NCBI GenBank assembly: GCA_031835245.2 | Contig: JAVKOQ020000012.1 | Location: forward strand, 62,001 to 126,000 | Source of the DNA: Balamuthia mandrillaris | Taxonomy: Eukaryota | DNA: 64,000 bases | Direction of reading: 5' to 3' | Part shown: positions 26,524 through 38,100 of the stretch, piece by piece | How positions within the stretch are numbered: the first letter of the stretch is position 1 | How the letters are laid out: each line of letters opens with the position of its first letter | Position numbers and translations under genes: made by a program | The notes under the pieces: generated by a model | What the model saw: the letters and a program-made list of their open reading frames with translations, nothing else | The model's database searches: none | Told to the model about the DNA's origin: nothing

Positions 26524-28259
26524 TTAAGAGGTGGCCGAATGAGAAGCAAGTAAATGCTCGGAGGCATCAGCGATGGCCTGTATGCATTCCGTTGGGTGTT
26601 GCACTACGTACAGTAACGTGACTGTTGCTGCGGCTTCTGTTTGTACGTTGGAAGCGAGTTGTTGATGCTGCGCTTCTCCTTCTAGTACCACTTTGTCCTT
26701 TCCTTTATCCTCCTTTTCCTGTTCTCCGTCTTTGTCTGCTTCTGCAGCATCAGCACTTTCTTCCTTCTTTTCTGCATCATCATCACTCCTCTTCTCCTCT
26801 CCCACACTTCCACTTCTACTCTTCGTCATAGAAGAAGAAGAAGTTTTGCTGACAAGGAAAGCCAACAACTTTGGCTCTTTCTTTCGGAAAGTGATCTTGA
26901 GTATCCTCGGTAACGCGATGCTCCTGTACAAAGCCACCATGAAGCGTTGCGTGGGGTGAACTCGCAGCTCCACCAGATGCTCAAACGTCACAACCAGGAA
27001 CCATGGCAGCAGCTTTTTCTCCTTTGTGACTTTGTGGCAAGCAAAGAAGATCCAAGAGGGATGAGCCTCCACAAGGCTGTCCAATGGGACGTACTCCATT
27101 CGTCTAGGTGGAAGAGAGAGGTTGGCAGTGTTTTCGTTGGTTTGTTCATCGTCTTCCAGTAGCAAAAAAGAGGAGACGGCTTTCTTTAATTGTTGCTTGG
27201 CTTCGCTGGCTGCAGCGACCAACTTCTTCTTGCCTTCCTCTCCAATGAAGGGAGTGCGAGTGGCAGCATTCTCGCCTGCTTCCGCACCTTTTCCTTCTTC
27301 TTGTGGATTTGAAGAACTTCGCGCTCTGCCCCATACCAGCCATCCAGAGAGTTTCTGGTTGTTGCTTGCGGTCGTGTTGGTTGCAGATTCTGTTTTGCTT
27401 TTGTTATCAGTTGATCTTCCCCAAAACGATGACACCAAGTTAATGGGTGTGCTGGGGCTTCCAGTGTTGGGCCCGCTTTCGGTTTGGTTTCTAGGTTTGC
27501 CTGCCAAGTTTGACGTTTTATCTACATCCTCTTCGTCATCTTCATCGATTGTAAATAATGGTCTGTCCTCCTCCTCTTCTCCTTCCTCTTCTTTTCGTTC
27601 GTTTCGGTTCGGTGTTGCGGCTTGCTTCTTTGTCGTCACAGTTTGTTCTGGGGGCTTGCTTCCCTCTTGTTGGGTTGATGTTGTGGCTCTTCTCCCCGCT
27701 ATCATGGAAGATATCGAACTGGAAAGTTTAGAAGAAAAGAGTGACTTGGATACACCTGAAAGGGGATTCGTTGTAGCTGCCGTTTGTTGAGAGCCATCCT
27801 TCTGTGGTGTCACTACTTTGGCCGTTCTTGTCATTGTCGGCGAAGAATGAGAAGGAGAAGAAGAAGGGCTTCGTTTTTGCACACAAACAAGGCATTTCTT
27901 GGGATCGTGATCTGTAAGTTCCGAGTTCCAGTCTACCTGCTCTGGTTGTCTCTTCTCGATGAAAGTGTGAAGAGCCTCATAACCGCCTCTAACAACACTC
28001 ACGTGCGCAAATCCTTTTAGATAGGTGGGGCAGCAACAGAGATAAGAAAGAGAAGCCAACAGCAACAACGCAAGAGCGGAGAAAACTACCATGCTGCAAG
28101 AATTGCAGGACGATAAGCTCAAGATATGTTTCCATTTCCATGGATCCAGATCCAAGAAATGTAAAATGGTTTCCCTTCAGGGGGAGGAACTCCGCCATCA
28201 ACTGATTGAACTCTTCTGGTTTTTCCAAGAGCTATGTAGAGACAAATATTCGGAATGAG

Positions 28260-28294
<35 letters not shown>

Positions 28295-28441
28295 TTACCA
28301 TTCGTGGAGGGAGGTGGAATGCTGTTGGCAGTCTTCCGTGTTGATATTGCTCCAAGGGTCGACAATCAAACACAAAGAACTTGACACCACCTCTTTGCTA
28401 TTGTTTCGTGGTTCAAAAGGGGTTAGGTTGAAAACACATGC

Positions 28442-28481
<40 letters not shown>

Positions 28482-29495
28482 CGCTTACTATTGTGACAGA
28501 GGAAGAATGTGCAACTTCTTGCACAGAAACATGCAGACAAGTGGGTGTAGAAAATGCAGAGTGTGGAAAAAGAAACCGTTTGAGCCATGCATTATAGTCA
28601 TTCGTATCAAATATCACAGCAAAGAGTTGTTCTCTAAAGGACATAGGAGTATTTGCCACTAGTTCAAGAGCCTAAAATCATAACAAATAAATAAATATGA
28701 GGGAAGAAAAAGTTCCAATAACTTATTCGTACAAACCGTTCGAGTAAGTTGTTGCACTTGAGTAGTTGATTGGATGGTAATCTCCTCTAAGTACTTCAGG
28801 ATGGCTTGCTTTTCCTCATGCTTGAGAAGAGTTTCTCTGTTCGCTGTAACGATGCACAACGCTAAGAAATAGTGCAGGAATGGGTCGGCATGAACAAACA
28901 AAAAGTCCCACAACTGGAGCACACATTCTAGAGGACCAAGCGTGGCAAAGAATCGACGAAACTTGTGTGTTACACAGTAAGTCAGCAAGAGTTTTGCTTT
29001 CAAGGGGAGTGAAGGAGAGAGAGAGAAGAGGAATGCAATGCATACCCATAAAGGGGTAAAATCATGAACAGAGCAATTGACCTGGTCAAAGTGGCTGCAC
29101 AACGCTGGGTCGTGGTACATCAACAATAAACGAAACAGTTGCTTCGCACATCTAAGGATTAAAATAATTATTTCGGTTAGCAAACCACGGGACTAAGAAG
29201 AATATTTAAGCTGTATGGAGTAGTTGTTACATACGCAGTTGTGGCTTTTTCTTTGTTGTGCTGCAGAGGTAAATACTTACCAACCAACGAGGACAAGAAT
29301 TGAAGCAGCGTTTTGTCCAGCAAAGAAGATTGATTCAACAACAGTAAGAAAGGCGCTAAAAGGAGGTGGAGGTCGTTGGAGCCTCCTTCTTCTTCTGCAA
29401 CACCTTTCGACTTACAATAGGCGGCCATCACCCTCTTCGCTTGCTGAATGCTCTCTGGCTTTTCTAAGGCGCGTTCTGTAGACCACAAGCCAAAC

Positions 29496-29536
<41 letters not shown>

Positions 29537-30262
29537 GGAAGGAAAAGAGAAAGAGTGACAAACTGTTTTCTTCATCAAAGCGAATGTCGTCAAAGGCCAA
29601 GTCGCTCGTCTCTTCCACAGAGGGCAACTCGCCTTCTGCCTTGTCATCCACTCCAAGCAGATGCTACATTTGTTGAGGCCAACACAAAAGCATAATAAAT
29701 ACGTGAAAGTCAGTTTTGTTTTTTTTGGGTTCCAACTTGGAGGGAGAGATGATTAAGAGACCTTCCAGATGAGAGGGCGAAGCTCAGAAGGAAGTATCCC
29801 TCCACTGTGTTTGCACAGTTCTTGAAGCCTTTGCACGTCCATCCGTTTGGCTTTCCCTTTTTGCAGCTCCTCCTCCAACAGGGCGCGATAGTCCTTCTCT
29901 TCTGCCTCCACCTCTTCCTCTGGCGCTGGTTTCTCTTTCTCTTTCGCTTTGTCCTTGGTGGAAGCAGAAAAAGAAGTGAAAGTGGCGGCGGCGGCGGCAT
30001 CCGCACTCTTTGGTTGTGCTGCCTCCTCCGTTCCTCCTTCGCTCCCACGCTCTGCTACCGAATCAGTAGCGGTGGTGTGGCCCAAGCTCAAGGGATGTTC
30101 CGCCTCTGCAAGTTCTGCCGCATCTTCATTCTCTGCTGCTTGCTCCTCCTCTTTCTCATCGTCCTCAGCCTCCACAGCAACATCATCGTCTTCGTCGTCC
30201 TCATCGCCCAAAGAGAACACTGGTTCCACCCCACCAGCCACTCCACCTTCCTCGTCTGCCAT
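26524..30262 (-). CDS. TBC1D23: TBC + rhodanese + C-terminal PH-like protein; multi-exon
   Basis: LRPLIWK, LLMYHDPALCSHFD (TBC), DCRPLEQY..GRLPTAFHL and VS...GGYEALH (rhodanese), ILKITFRKKEP (PH-like tail); TBC1D23 architecture. Confidence 0.85.
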
Positions 30263-30597
30263 TGTTTTCGTTTCTCTTTCTCTCTCTTTTTCTCTTTTTG
30301 GTGTAACTTTCTATGGTAATTCATTTATTCGAACAGCAGGACTTGGTCGTAGGCAAACGTTCATATCATCATGTCCAACTGTCCATAACGGAAGAGCTTA
30401 GCGCAAAGGCGGAGCGTTGCCTGTTAAATTTTTGCGGACATGATGCTCGAGGGTTTTGCAAAGCGGCAGGAAATAAGCGTAAATTTCGCCATCACGGGCG
30501 AAGTTTCGCAGGAAATCGAGAATTCGAGAAAGAAGAAAGAGGGGGGAGACCTTGGTTGGTTCGCTCTGCTCGTCTGGTCCTTTGCTCCAACCCCAAC

Positions 30598-30604
30598 TAT
30601 AAAT
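30598..30604 (+). promoter_or_regulatory. TATA box upstream of the FKBP gene
   Basis: TATAAAT about 110 bp upstream of ATG 30713, in the divergent TBC1D23/FKBP intergenic region. Confidence 0.55.
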
Positions 30605-30712
30605 AGTTGACACGGCTGTAGTGCCCCCCCCGCCGCCTGTGAACAAGGTTTTTTGACACTAACAAGCACACACGACTGCACCAACAACCGCACACAAAGT
30701 TACACACGAACG

Positions 30713-32128
30713 ATGGCTTCTGTGGAGGAGGCGATGAACGTGGAGCCGACCGAGGGAGTCAAGAGCCACGAGGTCGAAGAAAAGGTTCGAGTGGATGAGG
30801 CGGAGGATGAGGAAGAGGAGAACGTCACCATGGACGGCGGCGTCAAGAAGAAGATCCTGCAGGAGGGCAGCGGCTGGGAGACCCCCTCCAAGGGCTCCGA
30901 GGTGAACGTCCACTACGTCGGCACCCTGCTGGACGGCACCCAGTTTGACAGCAGCCGTGAGCGCAACCAGCCCTTCTCCTTCACCCTCGGCCGCGGTCAG
31001 GTCATCAAGGGCTGGGACAAAGGTGTGGCCACCATGAAGCAAGGCGAACGCGCCCGATTCACCATCAAACCGGAGTATGGCTATGGCAGTGCCGGCAGCC
31101 CGCCCAAGATCCCTCCCAATGCTACCCTTGTGTTTGAGGTGGAGCTGCTGGACTTTGAGAATGTGAAGGACTTGACCAAGGACGGTGGCGTGCTCAAGAA
31201 GGTCCTCCACAGCACGGACGAGTGGAAGAAGCCCAAGGAGGGCAGCGTGGTCACCCTCAACTACACCCTCAAGGCCGGGAAGCAGGGACAGGAGCAGGTG
31301 GTGGTGGAGGAGAAGCAGGAGTTCAAGTGCAAGTTGGGGGAGGAGGAGGTCTGCGATGGTTTGGAGAAGGCGGTGGAGAGCATGACCAAAGGGGAGAAGG
31401 CTGTGGTAACCATACAGCCCAAGTACCTCACTTTTGGCGGCGAGAGCCGGCCGCAGCATCCTTCGCTGCCCTCCTCCATTGACGCCAACTCTGATGTGCT
31501 GACCTACGAGTTGGAGCTGGTGGACTTTGTGAAGGTGAAGGAACCTTGGGAGCTCAACAACGAGGAGAAGTTGTCCACCTGCACGGCCATGAAGGACGAG
31601 GGCAATGCCCTCTTCCGTGCTGCCAAGTTTAAGCGCGCCCACAAGAAGTACAAGCAGGCAGCGTCCTACGTGGAGAGCGACTACTCCTTTAGCGAGGAGG
31701 AGAAACAGCAGAGCAAACCCCTGAAGGTGGCTTGTTATCTCAACATGGCTGCCTGCGATCTGAAGCTCCAGGACTGGCAGAACTGCGTGAAGAACTGCAA
31801 GAAGGTGTTGGAGCTAGAGCCCTGCAACGTGAAGGCGCTCTATCGAAGGGGCCAGGCCCTCTGCTACCTCCTCGAGTGGATCGACTCGGAGAGGGACCTG
31901 AACAGGGCGTTGGAGTTGGACCCCTCCAACAAGGACGTCCAGAGGCAGCTTGCCGTGTTGAAGCGGAAGATGGCGGAGCAGGACAAGAAGGACAGGAAGC
32001 GGTTCCAGGGGCTCTTTGAGCGGCTTAGTAAGGAGGACGAGCAGGAGCACAAGGAAGAGCCCGCTGATAAGGGCCAAGAAAAGGAGGAAGCCATGGACAC
32101 CGAGAACACCGCACAACAGGATGCCTAA
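30713..32128 (+). CDS. FKBP-type PPIase with two FKBP domains and TPRs (FKBP4/5-like Hsp90 co-chaperone); intronless
   Basis: VHYVGTLLDGTQFDSSR, GQVIKGWD, YGYG..GSPPKIPPNATLVFEVEL; TPR KDEGNALF, LNMAAC, KALYRRG. Confidence 0.95.
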   Translation: MASVEEAMNVEPTEGVKSHEVEEKVRVDEAEDEEEENVTMDGGVKKKILQEGSGWETPSKGSEVNVHYVGTLLDGTQFDSSRERNQPFSFTLGRGQVIKGWDKGVATMKQGERARFTIKPEYGYGSAGSPPKIPPNATLVFEVELLDFENVKDLTKDGGVLKKVLHSTDEWKKPKEGSVVTLNYTLKAGKQGQEQVVVEEKQEFKCKLGEEEVCDGLEKAVESMTKGEKAVVTIQPKYLTFGGESRPQHPSLPSSIDANSDVLTYELELVDFVKVKEPWELNNEEKLSTCTAMKDEGNALFRAAKFKRAHKKYKQAASYVESDYSFSEEEKQQSKPLKVACYLNMAACDLKLQDWQNCVKNCKKVLELEPCNVKALYRRGQALCYLLEWIDSERDLNRALELDPSNKDVQRQLAVLKRKMAEQDKKDRKRFQGLFERLSKEDEQEHKEEPADKGQEKEEAMDTENTAQQDA

Positions 32129-32221
32129 GCGTTGCGGTTTCTTCTTTTGTTTTTTTTTTGTGTACAAACTTTTCCCCAACAAAACTTGTTTATTTTACAG
32201 ACAATTGCCATAGAGAGACGA

Positions 32222-32259
<38 letters not shown>

Positions 32260-32633
32260 AAAGGCACGAAAGCGTTTCGCGTGCTCGTGGCATTCGGGTA
32301 ATAAGGAGGTAATAAAGGACCATTATATGATATACGTACTGTATTATGGATAATTATAGAGCCCTTTCTTTTGTTTTTAAAAATCAAAGAAACAGAAAAG
32401 TTGGAGTTTTTCAGAGGGCGGAAGAGTGGAGCGAAAGCGTTACAAGCACCACACCTGCTGCTGAGTTTTGAACTCGTGGTTCTTGTTTTTGCTTTTAAAA
32501 AAAACTTTGAGGCAAACTCGCTCCTACCTACTACATCACCGATCACGTTGTTGCCCTCCGCCAAAGCAAAACTCTTTCTTCTTCAGAGTTGGGTTTGGTG
32601 TCCTTCCTTGCTTTCGCACATATAAATAAAAAA

Positions 32634-33602
32634 ATGAGCAGCAGCAGTTATGACACTTCTGACTCGGACTCGGAGGAAAGCTCCAAGGTTTGGCCTTTTG
32701 CTCTCTTTTCTCCCTAGTTCTCTCTTATTTCTGTTGTGCCCCTCTTTCTTTTGCTCACGTATAAGAGTCTCATCCCTTCTTGAATAAAAAAAAGGGTTTG
32801 TTGGCGTCGTTGGGCAATGCTATGGGTGACATTGCCTTTTGGAGTGCCAGAGAAATGGGTCCAGAGGAAAGGGCACGTCAGGAGCTTCTTCAACAGTATT
32901 CCCACAAGTACGTTCTCTCTCTCTCTCTCTCTCCACAAGAGATCATGTTTAACTCTTAAAACTGTATTTTCATCAAGATCGGCTGACTCGTTCGGGACGT
33001 CGGTGGCACAGGGCTACCTGGTCAAACGAGGCGAGATACATCGGGTATGGCGTGAACGGTATTTCGTCCTAGAAGGATGTTTTCTGTTTTATTACGCCAA
33101 CGCCAAGGTTTCTTTCCTTCCTCTCACTTCCTTGGCTTCCCTTTCGGCCTTGTCGTTTCTTTCTTCTGTCTTTCTTTTCTTCTCCTCCTTCTTGTTTGTG
33201 GTACTTCTTCCACCTTACAAACCAAACAAACACCAACAGGCAAGCAAGCCAAAGGGACTGATCGACCTTTCCGGCTGCGAAGTGCTGAGGGACATAACGA
33301 GAGGAAAGAAGAATTGCTTCCAGATAACGCACCCGACCAACCAACAAAAGCGAACCTTTTTGTTGCACGCAAAGACGGAGGAGGACATGCGGTTCTGGTT
33401 AAAGAACATCAACGCCGCCATTCAGAAGGGAAGCGCCAACAATAACATGGAAGAGCCAGAGGAGAGCAAGAGCAAGAAGGAAAAGAAGAGCGAGACCGAG
33501 GAACAGGAGAAGGAGAAAGAAAACGAGAGATGGGGCATGGAGGCCAACACTAGCAGTAATGGTTATAGCTCGGACAAACGTAAAGAAGTGGAACTCCACT
33601 GA
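32634..33602 (+). CDS. Small PH-domain protein; multi-exon, 3' end uncertain
   Basis: GYLVKRG....WRERYFVL....LFYY, KPKGLIDL, NCFQI, RTFLLHA..EEDMRFWLKNI. Confidence 0.85.
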
Positions 33603-33831
33603 CATTCATTTTTTTTGTGCTTTTTGTCGCATAGCAATGCGAAAACCCCACCCTGTATTTACCACTGGAGTCTATCTCACCTGCGAAAACCTTTTGAGCA
33701 AAAGGGTGCTTTTTTTTTCCAAAGAAAGACTTTTCGTGAGTGCGACGTTTGCACCCAAGTAGTTTTTTTTTTGTTGTTGTGAACGCGCTCTTCTTCTTGC
33801 CCTCTCCGCATAGACAAAAAAAAAAACAACG

Positions 33832-34464
33832 ATGAGACAGATTGTGGCTGCTCTGTTGTTCTCTGCCTTGTTGGCGTTGAGTGGCGCTGACGACGCGCAA
33901 ATCAACTTCATCTTTGCCGGAATGATCCCCGAGTCCTCTGGCTCTTGTTCTTGCTCTGCCTCTGCCTCTTCCTCCTGCTCGGGAGGATCCTCGCCCACTC
34001 ACTACGAGTTTACCGTCGTGGAAGTATCCACCACCGACGTTGCTGACTCTGGCTTTGGAACCGACGAGACCGTGCCTCTCCAAAGAAGTGAGCCTCTTTT
34101 CTTTTTTTTCGTTAACGATATTAACAATAAAAACAAAAACGAAATGTTTAAAAAGTTGCTTGCCAACCAGTTGTGGGACGAACAAAAGACAGAGGTCGTG
34201 GGACACAACATCGGCACCTGCACCGTCACTCCCGCCATCAACAACGAGGGCAGCGCCCACCAGCTCTGCCACGTCGTGCACTACTACAACAACGGGGCGG
34301 ACCAGTTGGTGATCGTCGGCGCCACCACCTTCGAGTCGGTGCCTCAGACGGTGGCTGTGGTGGGTGGTGCTGGTGCTTTTGCCGGCGCTTATGGCAGCTG
34401 CACCTATCAGCCGTTCCCCAACTACGACGTCCACTACGTCTGCAGCTTCTACACTCCTAACTAA
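33832..34464 (+). CDS. Secreted allene oxide cyclase/dirigent-fold protein (probable in-frame intron near 34075-34154)
   Basis: Signal peptide; N.LWD...VVG...GTC and AVVGGAGAFAGAYG resembling the AOC/dirigent AITGGTG.F.GA.G motif. Confidence 0.65.
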   Translation: MRQIVAALLFSALLALSGADDAQINFIFAGMIPESSGSCSCSASASSSCSGGSSPTHYEFTVVEVSTTDVADSGFGTDETVPLQRSEPLFFFFVNDINNKNKNEMFKKLLANQLWDEQKTEVVGHNIGTCTVTPAINNEGSAHQLCHVVHYYNNGADQLVIVGATTFESVPQTVAVVGGAGAFAGAYGSCTYQPFPNYDVHYVCSFYTPN

Positions 34465-34985
34465 TACTATTACTTAGAGAAGTGTTCAGATTTGATATTA
34501 CCGAACAAACAATTCAAATTGAATCGCCATTTTCCCGATCGAACAGGAGCAGAGAAGCAGGAGAGAGAAGAGAGACGAAAGCAGGAGAAAGAGAGAGAGA
34601 GAGAGAGAGAAACGAACACAAAAGCAAAAGAGAGGAACCTGTGCTCGAAGAAATATGACACAGTCTTGTTTAAAAGGACTGTCTCGAGTAAGGTGGAAAG
34701 TTGACGATGGAAAAGAAAATGGGTTGTTGCTCACGACTTTTTCGAATTTCCTCACGCCCGACGGTTGCACATCTGTATGTTGGCGGGAATGAAGGCAGTT
34801 TGCTATCTTTGCCATACACACACTTTTCTTCTTCAGAAAGGCATTGTCAAAGCCGTATGATGAACATTATGCGGTAATAAGATAGGAAGAAGAAGATCTC
34901 TGCAGCGTAGTGCACTACCAATATACCACGAGAGAAAGTCTGAAAAAAAAAGCAATAACGGTAGCAAAGGAAGAGAGGGGGATGA

Positions 34986-35041
<56 letters not shown>

Positions 35042-35190
35042 AAGAGAAAAGAAAGAAAGGCGAAAGAAGAGGAGAAGGACGAAGAGAAGAGAACGATAGA
35101 GAGATAAAGCAAAAGAACAGAGAAAGAAGGAGAGGGATATAAAACAATAGAAAAAGCAGTTATCATTCAAAAATCGAAAAAGAAAAGGTT

Positions 35191-38100
35191 CTACCTGTAA
35201 ACAGTCATGCTCTGACCCACTGAAAGACTCTTCATACAAACGAACGAAACCCGAAAACAGCCACGAAGGTTCAACAACTTGAGATGGGGACATGCCAAGG
35301 GAAGATCGTGCAAATGCTTGCCGCTGAGATTGCTGCACCAGGCCAGGTTCAGTTGCTCCAAACGAGGGCAGCCAGCGGCCAATTCCAGCAAAGCAGCATC
35401 CTGCAGGTTCTTGCACCAGGAGAGGTTGAGCACCTGAAGAGCTGGATGGCTTAAGGCAGCTGCAGAGATATGGTTATAGCCACGAAGGCCGAGGGAGAGG
35501 AGAGAAGGCCACTGGCGCAGCGCCCATCGGATGCTTTGCAGCGACTTGATGTTGTTGCAGTAGGAGAGGTCCACACATTCGAGTTTGGGGCAGCCCTCCG
35601 CCATCTTTTGGAGGACGCGGTCGGTAACGCGTTGGCAGTAGGCCAGTTTGAGGGTACGGAGGGCTGGGCAACCTTTCTCGAAGAAGGACATTAATGCGGA
35701 CTCGCTGAGTTGTTGGCACTCCTCCAGCGAAAGCAGCCGCAGGGCGGCCGTTCCGCTGGCCTTATTGTCCTGGAGCTGGTAATTGCCGTCGCTATTGTTG
35801 TTGGGGTATGAGGAGAGGTAAAGAAGGGTCTTGTCCGTAATCTTTTCACAAGAGGCCAAGTCCAAAGAGCGCAAACGAGGACAATGTTGAGCCAAAGCAG
35901 CCACCGCTTCGTCCGTAATGTTGATGCAGTTGTAGAGACCGACTTTCTTGAGATTTTGCTTGCTGCACCGTGCGATCTCGATGATGGCAGCATCTCCCAA
36001 GTTGCGGCACTTGGAGAAGTCGACTTTGCGGAGGCGAGGGCAGCAACGCGCCAGATGGATGACGCCCTCATCTGTGATTTCCTCGCAGGAAGAAAGGTTT
36101 AGAACTCGCAAGTTGGGGCAGGAATAGGCCAGGCTTCGCACGCCACTGTCCTCCAAGTTGACGCAGCGGCTGAGGTCCAAGGATTCGATCGTCAAGAAAG
36201 CACTTTTCTGAACGAGTTGATTTGTTGTTGTTTTGGGAAGAAGGAAAGAGAATGGAGAGGAAGTAGAAGACAAGGATGAGGCAGGTTGTTGCGGGGTGGG
36301 AAATGGGTAGAGTTTGGAAAAAGCGTCGTTTGTAATCATTTTACAGGCTGATAGGGTTAGCGCTTCCAAAGAGAGCCAGTGGCGGCTAAGAGTTTCAACT
36401 GTATTGTCTTTACAAAAGGATAAATTAGCATTTTATAATATTAATCGATGTGAGAGAGAGAGAGGGGGATATGAGAGAGAAAGAGAGGGAGAGCAGAGAG
36501 AGGGGGAGGGAGAGAGGGAGGGAGCAAACCTGTCAAAGAATCGCATCCAGTGAAGTGCAAGGAAGATATTTTGGGGCACGATCGGCAGAGGGTCTCGACC
36601 GCCGCATCGGTAATAGCTTTGCTTGATGTTCGGAAATAATAAAGATTAGGGCAGCGAGCCGCAATCATGGCCAAGCCCACATCAGTGATGTTACAGCCGC
36701 TCACATCCAAGTACACCACGCTTGCGCCAAGATGGCGGAACGCAGAGTCACCAAGTGCTCTGCATCCTCGTAGCGACATCCATTCCAACTGAGGGCAAGC
36801 CCTCGTCAGCTCTGCAACGGCTTCATCCGTTACTGCGGTTCCATCAAGCGCCAACCGACGCAAGGAAGCACGGCTGCGACTGCGAGCAAGTGCCAGTAGG
36901 GATTGTCCGTTGATACGGAAGCAACCGTCAAGATAGAGCTCCTCCAAGGCCTGGCAGCGGCGGCTCAAGCGAACTACCACATCATTGCCGATATTGTTGC
37001 ACCCAGAGAAAGAAATCTTGCGAAGATTACCACATAGGTTGGGACTGACGGGTTGCATGCAGGCATCTGTGAGGAGCTTGCATCCGCTTAGCGGCAATGA
37101 GGTAAGTGATGGTCCAACAAACTGAACCAAAGTTGTGTCGCGCATGGTGCCCTCTTTAACGCACTGTGTAATGAGTCGGAGCAAGAGTTCTTCTGGAAGT
37201 TTTCTGTTTGAGAATAAATATGAAAGTTAATAAAGGCAAAGAAGAGAGGGAGTAAGCAAGATATACGTACGTGTGGAGGGAAGGCAATTGGTGGATAGAA
37301 CGGGCAATGGAGGTGGCACAAAGAGTAGCAAGGCTACGAGGTGCACGTACTGAAGTCACATTAGCAATATTATTGTCAACAGCACCGCAAATGCTGCTAG
37401 TGTGGCTCGTGCACGTCGTATTATTCTGAACAATTGGTGAAGGGGATACATTCAGGGTACGGCGAGTACTATCAGCGAAGGTATTTCGAAAACAAAGGCT
37501 ATCAAAGGAAAGAGAAAAAAGCGTATGTACCTCACGGGCAGGATTCTCGCTTGGAGTATTAGTTTTGAGTCTCTTTTGGGGAATGGCAGCAGAAGAAGAA
37601 GAAGTGCGGTGGTCTTCGTGTGCTTCAACTGAGGGAGAGGGTCGGAGCAGAGAGTAATAGTAGTTGTGGTTGAGGAAGGCCAGATGGAAGAATCGAGTGG
37701 CAAGGCGTTCGGATTCCGCATTGGTGGGTGAGGAGTGATGGGATTGAATGAGCAGAGGACGTTGGAAGAGAGGGCTGTAGACAATGATATTACTCCGATG
37801 GAGATTGGCAAAGGCTTGCAAAGTAATGTGGTCTCCTTTCTGCTGTTCCTGTCGAACCCGTTGGCAATATTGCTCAATAAGGTCGATCTGCATGTGTTCT
37901 TCTTCCTCTTCTTCCTCACGCGCAGAGGAAGAGGGAGAAGGAGTTGGCTTTTTGGGGGGCAGATGGGAGATAAGGGGCTCGTAGAGGTGACGATTCGCGG
38001 CGATCTCATCGGCAATAGAAGCTCTGAGCAGCTTGTAGTTGTCTTCCTTATGGTAGAGCTGATGTGCCAAAGCACGGAATTGAGCATTCGGTCCGGGTTG

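Noticed and set aside
25906..26567. ORFs with (AESREQR)n or (LCSLLSA)n
   Set aside because: Translations of the intergenic CTCTG repeat.
26524..30262. Missing Arg/Gln fingers in the TBC domain as a novelty
   Set aside because: Already characteristic of TBC1D23.
30500..30535. Heat-shock element upstream of the FKBP gene
   Set aside because: Only two properly phased nGAAn units (TTCgaGAA); too weak to call.
30659..31642. Long antisense ORFs opposite FKBP (likewise opposite Sec61 at 61413-62672 and the CH gene at 56054-57451)
   Set aside because: Expected shadow of high-GC3 codon usage; no recognisable motifs.
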